Shown here piece by piece: positions 60,240 through 64,000 of a stretch of 64,000 nucleotides of DNA. Every line of letters starts with the position of its first letter. The stretch's first letter is position 1. Location of the stretch: contig DAIDHK010000002.1 of the NCBI GenBank assembly GCA_027459725.1, forward strand, positions 35,752-99,751. Direction: 5' to 3'. Source of the stretch: Candidatus Levyibacteriota bacterium (GTDB lineage Bacteria; Patescibacteriota; Microgenomatia; Levybacterales; UBA12049). The position numbers and the translations under genes are program-made. Under the pieces are notes generated by a model. That model saw only the letters and a program-made list of their open reading frames with translations. It searched no databases and was not told the origin of the DNA.

Positions 60240-61321
60240 ATAATTAAATTACTTATAGCAATCTTAAATTCTTTCTCAAAGCCTTTCAGACTAAATTTTT
60301 CCGCTTGTTTTCTACAGATATTTGGATTATAACGGAATTTAACAAATTTCGTCAACGCTTCAGCTAAGGACTCAACACTTAGATTATCAAAAAACATACC
60401 AGTCTGCCCATTTATAACAATTTCTTTAACTCCACCTTGATTATATGCCAAAACAGGTTTGCCATAATATTGTGCTTCTAGCGCTGTTAAACCAAAATCC
60501 TCTCTACCCGGAAATATAAAACCGCTGCAGTTTTTATAATACGTTATTAATTCACTATCACTCAACCCCCCCAAAAAATTAATTGTAGGGCCTGACATCA
60601 TCTGTAAACGATAATAGTCATTACCGGTACCAATTATGTACAACGGTAACTTTAATCTATTACAGGCTTTTATAGCTAAATCTATTCGTTTGTAATTAAC
60701 TAACCTTGATACAATTAATAAATAGGGCTTTGAGTTTACATTTTTTATCTGATGATCTTTGGCCAAATTTGTCAGTAACAAAGGCGGATAAATAACCTGG
60801 GATTCCCTATTATAAAATGTCTTAATTTGTGATTGGATTTCTTTAGAAATTGCCACCATTTTATCAGGCCTGCTACTGGCGATTTTATCCCAATTTCTTA
60901 GATAATTAACTGCTGGTTTTGTGAAAAATTTGAAGCTGTGATTTGAAAAATACGTTTCATATCCGCTCCATAAATATCTTGTAGGAGTTAGGCAGTAACA
61001 CAAATGTTTTGTTTTCCCACTAGTAATAATTCCTTTTGCTGCCTCACTAGTCACGGAAATTACTAAGTCATATGAACTAAAATTGAATTGCTCAAAAGCT
61101 AAAGGCATTAAAAATGGTACCAACTCATGTCGACGTCTGATAAGAGGAATTCTTTGCAAAAAAGATGTATGAACTGTAAAAACGTTAGCCCAAGGAGCAG
61201 AGCGGGGATTATATACTGATGTGTAAAGAGGAGCCTGCGGGAACATCTTGTGTAAAGCAAGTAGTACCCTTTCGGCACCTCCCCATTTATTTACCCTATC
61301 GTACACGAATGCAACTTTCAT
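60236..61321 (-). CDS. GT4 glycosyltransferase (mannosyltransferase-like)
   Basis: GGAERVL, CLTPTRYLW, SRLV.YKRIDLAI, EDFGLTALEA. Confidence 0.9.
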   Translation of the reverse strand: MKVAFVYDRVNKWGGAERVLLALHKMFPQAPLYTSVYNPRSAPWANVFTVHTSFLQRIPLIRRRHELVPFLMPLAFEQFNFSSYDLVISVTSEAAKGIITSGKTKHLCYCLTPTRYLWSGYETYFSNHSFKFFTKPAVNYLRNWDKIASSRPDKMVAISKEIQSQIKTFYNRESQVIYPPLLLTNLAKDHQIKNVNSKPYLLIVSRLVNYKRIDLAIKACNRLKLPLYIIGTGNDYYRLQMMSGPTINFLGGLSDSELITYYKNCSGFIFPGREDFGLTALEAQYYGKPVLAYNQGGVKEIVINGQTGMFFDNLSVESLAEALTKFVKFRYNPNICRKQAEKFSLKGFEKEFKIAISNLII

Positions 61322-62414
61322 AGATTTTGACCGTTTTTATTGCCATTGTAGTCCAAGAATATTTTTTTGCGTGTTTAATTCCTCTGTCTAATAATATTTT
61401 CTTTTTGCCTGCAGGTAAGTTTATTACTTCTTCCATGGTATTTGCAATACTCTCCTCATCATAGGGATCAAAATAATAAGCGTTATCAGCACAAACTTCT
61501 TTAAGTGCTGGAATGTCTGATGCTATCACCAAACATGAATTTGTTAGTGCTTCCAAAGCTGGCAAACCAAATCCTTCCATCAATGATGGTATTACTACTC
61601 CTATCGCATTTCTATAATAAGAACTCAATTGTTCATCTGTTATTTTACCGGTAAAAACCACATTTTTTCCTATATTTATTTTTTTTACTTCATTTTTTAA
61701 TTGTTGCATAAAAAAATCTTCCCTTCCTATGAAAATCATTTTTACGTCTGGATTTTTGTTGATTATTTGTTTGAACGATTTAATTAGACGATTACAGTTT
61801 TTGTGAGGGTAGACATTTCCTACATGTAAAAAATACTTTTTATATCCAAAGGTGCTATTATTTTTTTTGTTGTCAATCTTTTCAGGACTTCCTTCATAAG
61901 TTACAGTTACTTTAATATCATTCAAATGAAATTTATTTAATACATCTTTTTTTACGGAATTCAGGGGTACGATAATTTTACAACTGCTTTTTAATGCATG
62001 ATTAATGACAGCGGAATATCCCAACCTCTTCATTTGATAAACAAAAAAAGGTAAAGTAGAAGCCTTTCCTGTAGAAAAACTATTAATTATAAGGTCATGA
62101 ATAGTAACAACAAAAGGATAATTATATAAAATAGGTACTGAAAAATAAGGAAAATGCATTAGATCTAAATCCTCATTCTTAATACACATTGGGAACAGAA
62201 ACTGCTCTTCAAGACTATGCCAATGAAAATCTGCTTCTACAATCTTAAATGTGTCTTTCGAAATAACCTCCTTTACTTCATTGATATTCTTCGATAAGCA
62301 AAAAAGTACATAAGAATTTTTCTTATCAACTTTTGATAAATTTGTTACCAATTCTCTGATATATCTTCCTACTCCTGTTTCATCCCAAAGTCGAACATCA
62401 ATTCCAATTTTCAT
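61296..62414 (-). CDS. GT4 glycosyltransferase (MtfB-like)
   Basis: TGVGRY, TIHDL, GN.YPHKN, PSLMEGFGLPALEA, EV. Confidence 0.9.
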   Translation of the reverse strand: MKIGIDVRLWDETGVGRYIRELVTNLSKVDKKNSYVLFCLSKNINEVKEVISKDTFKIVEADFHWHSLEEQFLFPMCIKNEDLDLMHFPYFSVPILYNYPFVVTIHDLIINSFSTGKASTLPFFVYQMKRLGYSAVINHALKSSCKIIVPLNSVKKDVLNKFHLNDIKVTVTYEGSPEKIDNKKNNSTFGYKKYFLHVGNVYPHKNCNRLIKSFKQIINKNPDVKMIFIGREDFFMQQLKNEVKKINIGKNVVFTGKITDEQLSSYYRNAIGVVIPSLMEGFGLPALEALTNSCLVIASDIPALKEVCADNAYYFDPYDEESIANTMEEVINLPAGKKKILLDRGIKHAKKYSWTTMAIKTVKIYESCIRVR

Positions 62415-62521
62415 ATACGGCTAGTATACCACAAGAGCTTAATTTAAAATTTTCAAAACTAAACTTAAGCAATATTGTATAAATTCTTGCAATTTCGAGG
62501 AAATTATTCTTTAATTACTAT

Positions 62522-63940
62522 ATGAAATATATCATTTTCACTTATACGGGTGAAGGCCTACCAATTGCACATAAGTTACTAGAAGAAGGACAAGAAGTTA
62601 CTGTCGGGATAGTAGAAGATAAAAGAATGACATTAACAAAAGTAGAGAAAAGATCGAACGAATACGAAACATCACTTGAGAAAAAAAGACGACTATCTTT
62701 ATACAAAAATATGTTAAATAAAATATCGGCAGTAAAACTGTTAAAACAGATGAAAAAGATCAGAGATAAAGAAAATTATTTTCTTTTCTTTGATTACAAT
62801 AATTTATTCCGTTTCGCAGATTATGCCAAATCTCTGGGTTTTATTCATGGAAACTTTCCAACTGAGAAAGATCGCTTATTCGAAGTAGATAGAGACTACG
62901 CAAAAGATTTCGTCAAAAAATATTATAAGGATATTAAAACTGCAGAGAAGGCAGAATTTAGAACTATTAGAAGGGCAACAAAATTTTTGAAAGAACATAA
63001 TAGAGAGAAAGTATGGGTACTTAAGGGTAAAAATTTATTGGCTCCAACTTTTATTCCTAATACCGATGATCCCGAACTTGCAAAATGGCAAATAATTGAA
63101 ACGTTAGAAGCCTTTAAAGATTATTATGAAGATGCGGGATTTATTCTTGAACGAAAAATTACCTCGGTAGCTGAAATTACTCCAGAAAGAATTTATTATA
63201 ACGGTAAGCTCTTATCACTAACTATAAATTTTGAAAATAAACAAATAGGGAGTGGTAATTTGTCACTACAGACAGGTTGTGCAGCCGATTTAGTCTTTCC
63301 TATTGCTCTTGATAACAAAATAAATAATCTTACATTTCCCCCTATCGTTGACAAACTAGCCAAAAGACATAAGGGTCTTTTCATCTGGGATGCCTCCTTA
63401 TTAATTGATAAAAAAACAGGAGAGATGTATTTTGGAGAATTTTGTCCAAATAGACCTGGCTATAACTCATTTTTTACCTGTCTATCACAATTACCCTCTG
63501 TTCATTACTTTTTTGAAAAAATAGTAGCACAAGAAAATCCATTTGAACTAGGTACAGTTGGCGCATCGACGACATTATTCAATTTATTACGCGATCCTAC
63601 TGAAAGACATCTCATGTCAGGTGCATCTGTAAATTACACTCCAAAAGCTGCTAAATATATATGGTCTTGGGACATATACAAAAAAAAGAAAAATGATAAA
63701 ATGAGGATTGTCGGTTATGATTGGCAGTTGGCTCCCATAACGGGTGTTGGCCATTCAATAGAAGAAGCAACAAGAATGCTATTTGAAAATATAGAGGAAT
63801 TTTCGTTAGCTGGAATATACTATCGTCCAAAATCAGATTTTCTTTCTATGGATTATCCAACCTCAATCTTAAATCGTTTAAGGTATGGTTTACAAAAAAA
63901 ATTGTATTCTCTACCCTTTTCTGTAACTTTTAAATCATGA
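62522..63940 (+). CDS. PurD-like ATP-grasp ligase of unknown function
   Basis: FEVDRDYAKDF, WVLK, FILERKI, E-T..ENK, QTGC, GEFC.NRPGY; lacks the PurD G-GGREH start. Confidence 0.7.
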   Translation: MKYIIFTYTGEGLPIAHKLLEEGQEVTVGIVEDKRMTLTKVEKRSNEYETSLEKKRRLSLYKNMLNKISAVKLLKQMKKIRDKENYFLFFDYNNLFRFADYAKSLGFIHGNFPTEKDRLFEVDRDYAKDFVKKYYKDIKTAEKAEFRTIRRATKFLKEHNREKVWVLKGKNLLAPTFIPNTDDPELAKWQIIETLEAFKDYYEDAGFILERKITSVAEITPERIYYNGKLLSLTINFENKQIGSGNLSLQTGCAADLVFPIALDNKINNLTFPPIVDKLAKRHKGLFIWDASLLIDKKTGEMYFGEFCPNRPGYNSFFTCLSQLPSVHYFFEKIVAQENPFELGTVGASTTLFNLLRDPTERHLMSGASVNYTPKAAKYIWSWDIYKKKKNDKMRIVGYDWQLAPITGVGHSIEEATRMLFENIEEFSLAGIYYRPKSDFLSMDYPTSILNRLRYGLQKKLYSLPFSVTFKS

Positions 63941-64000
63941 AATATATAGTAATAGGCTTCGATGGCTTCATATTCGCTCTAGCACATAAACTTCAAATAG
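63937..64000 (+). CDS. Start of a probable second PurD-like ATP-grasp paralog (runs off the window)
   Basis: ATGA overlap; MKYIVIGFDGFIFALAHKLQI aligns with MKYIIFTYTGEGLPIAHKLLE of the upstream gene. Confidence 0.6.
   Translation, partial: MKYIVIGFDGFIFALAHKLQI

Noticed and set aside
1-64000. tRNA, rRNA, tmRNA or riboswitch genes
   Set aside because: No T-loop (GTTCGA) cloverleaf or rRNA-like GC-rich tract was seen in intergenic regions by eye; a covariance-model scan would be needed to exclude divergent RNAs

Overview
A very AT-rich bacterial chromosome segment using standard genetic code 11 (TAA, TAG and TGA all end core genes). Gene content and style suggest a Patescibacteria/CPR genome, probably Microgenomates (inference): type-2 IleRS, alpha2 GlyRS, short RecO, polymerase-only PolA, archaeal-type PEP carboxylase, DUF4012. 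The layout has six parts. (1) 1-3.5 kb: partial rodA and ileS. (2) 4.3-9.5 kb: a four-gene coenzyme F420 operon (two F420-dependent luciferase-like oxidoreductases, cofD, cofE; no cofC or cofGH in the window), divergent from ppcA. (3) 9.5-29.7 kb: an accessory belt with many pseudogenes, hydrolases, a split membrane-anchored Cas4-like pair, a glycine-rich LysM surface protein, polA and a secreted GH8. (4) 30-32.4 kb: a small defence/mobile remnant with an McrB-N/NucS-like nuclease fusion, a SHOCT protein and a TerS-like HTH gene fused to an IS481 fragment. (5) 32.5-53 kb: the dcw cell-wall/division cluster. (6) 54-64 kb: glyQS, recO, surface-glycan genes and tandem PurD-like ATP-grasp genes. 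Many genes look leaderless, with a -10 box 6-9 nt before the start codon. I saw no rRNA, tRNA or CRISPR array. All family calls come from motif recognition by eye, not from database searches.
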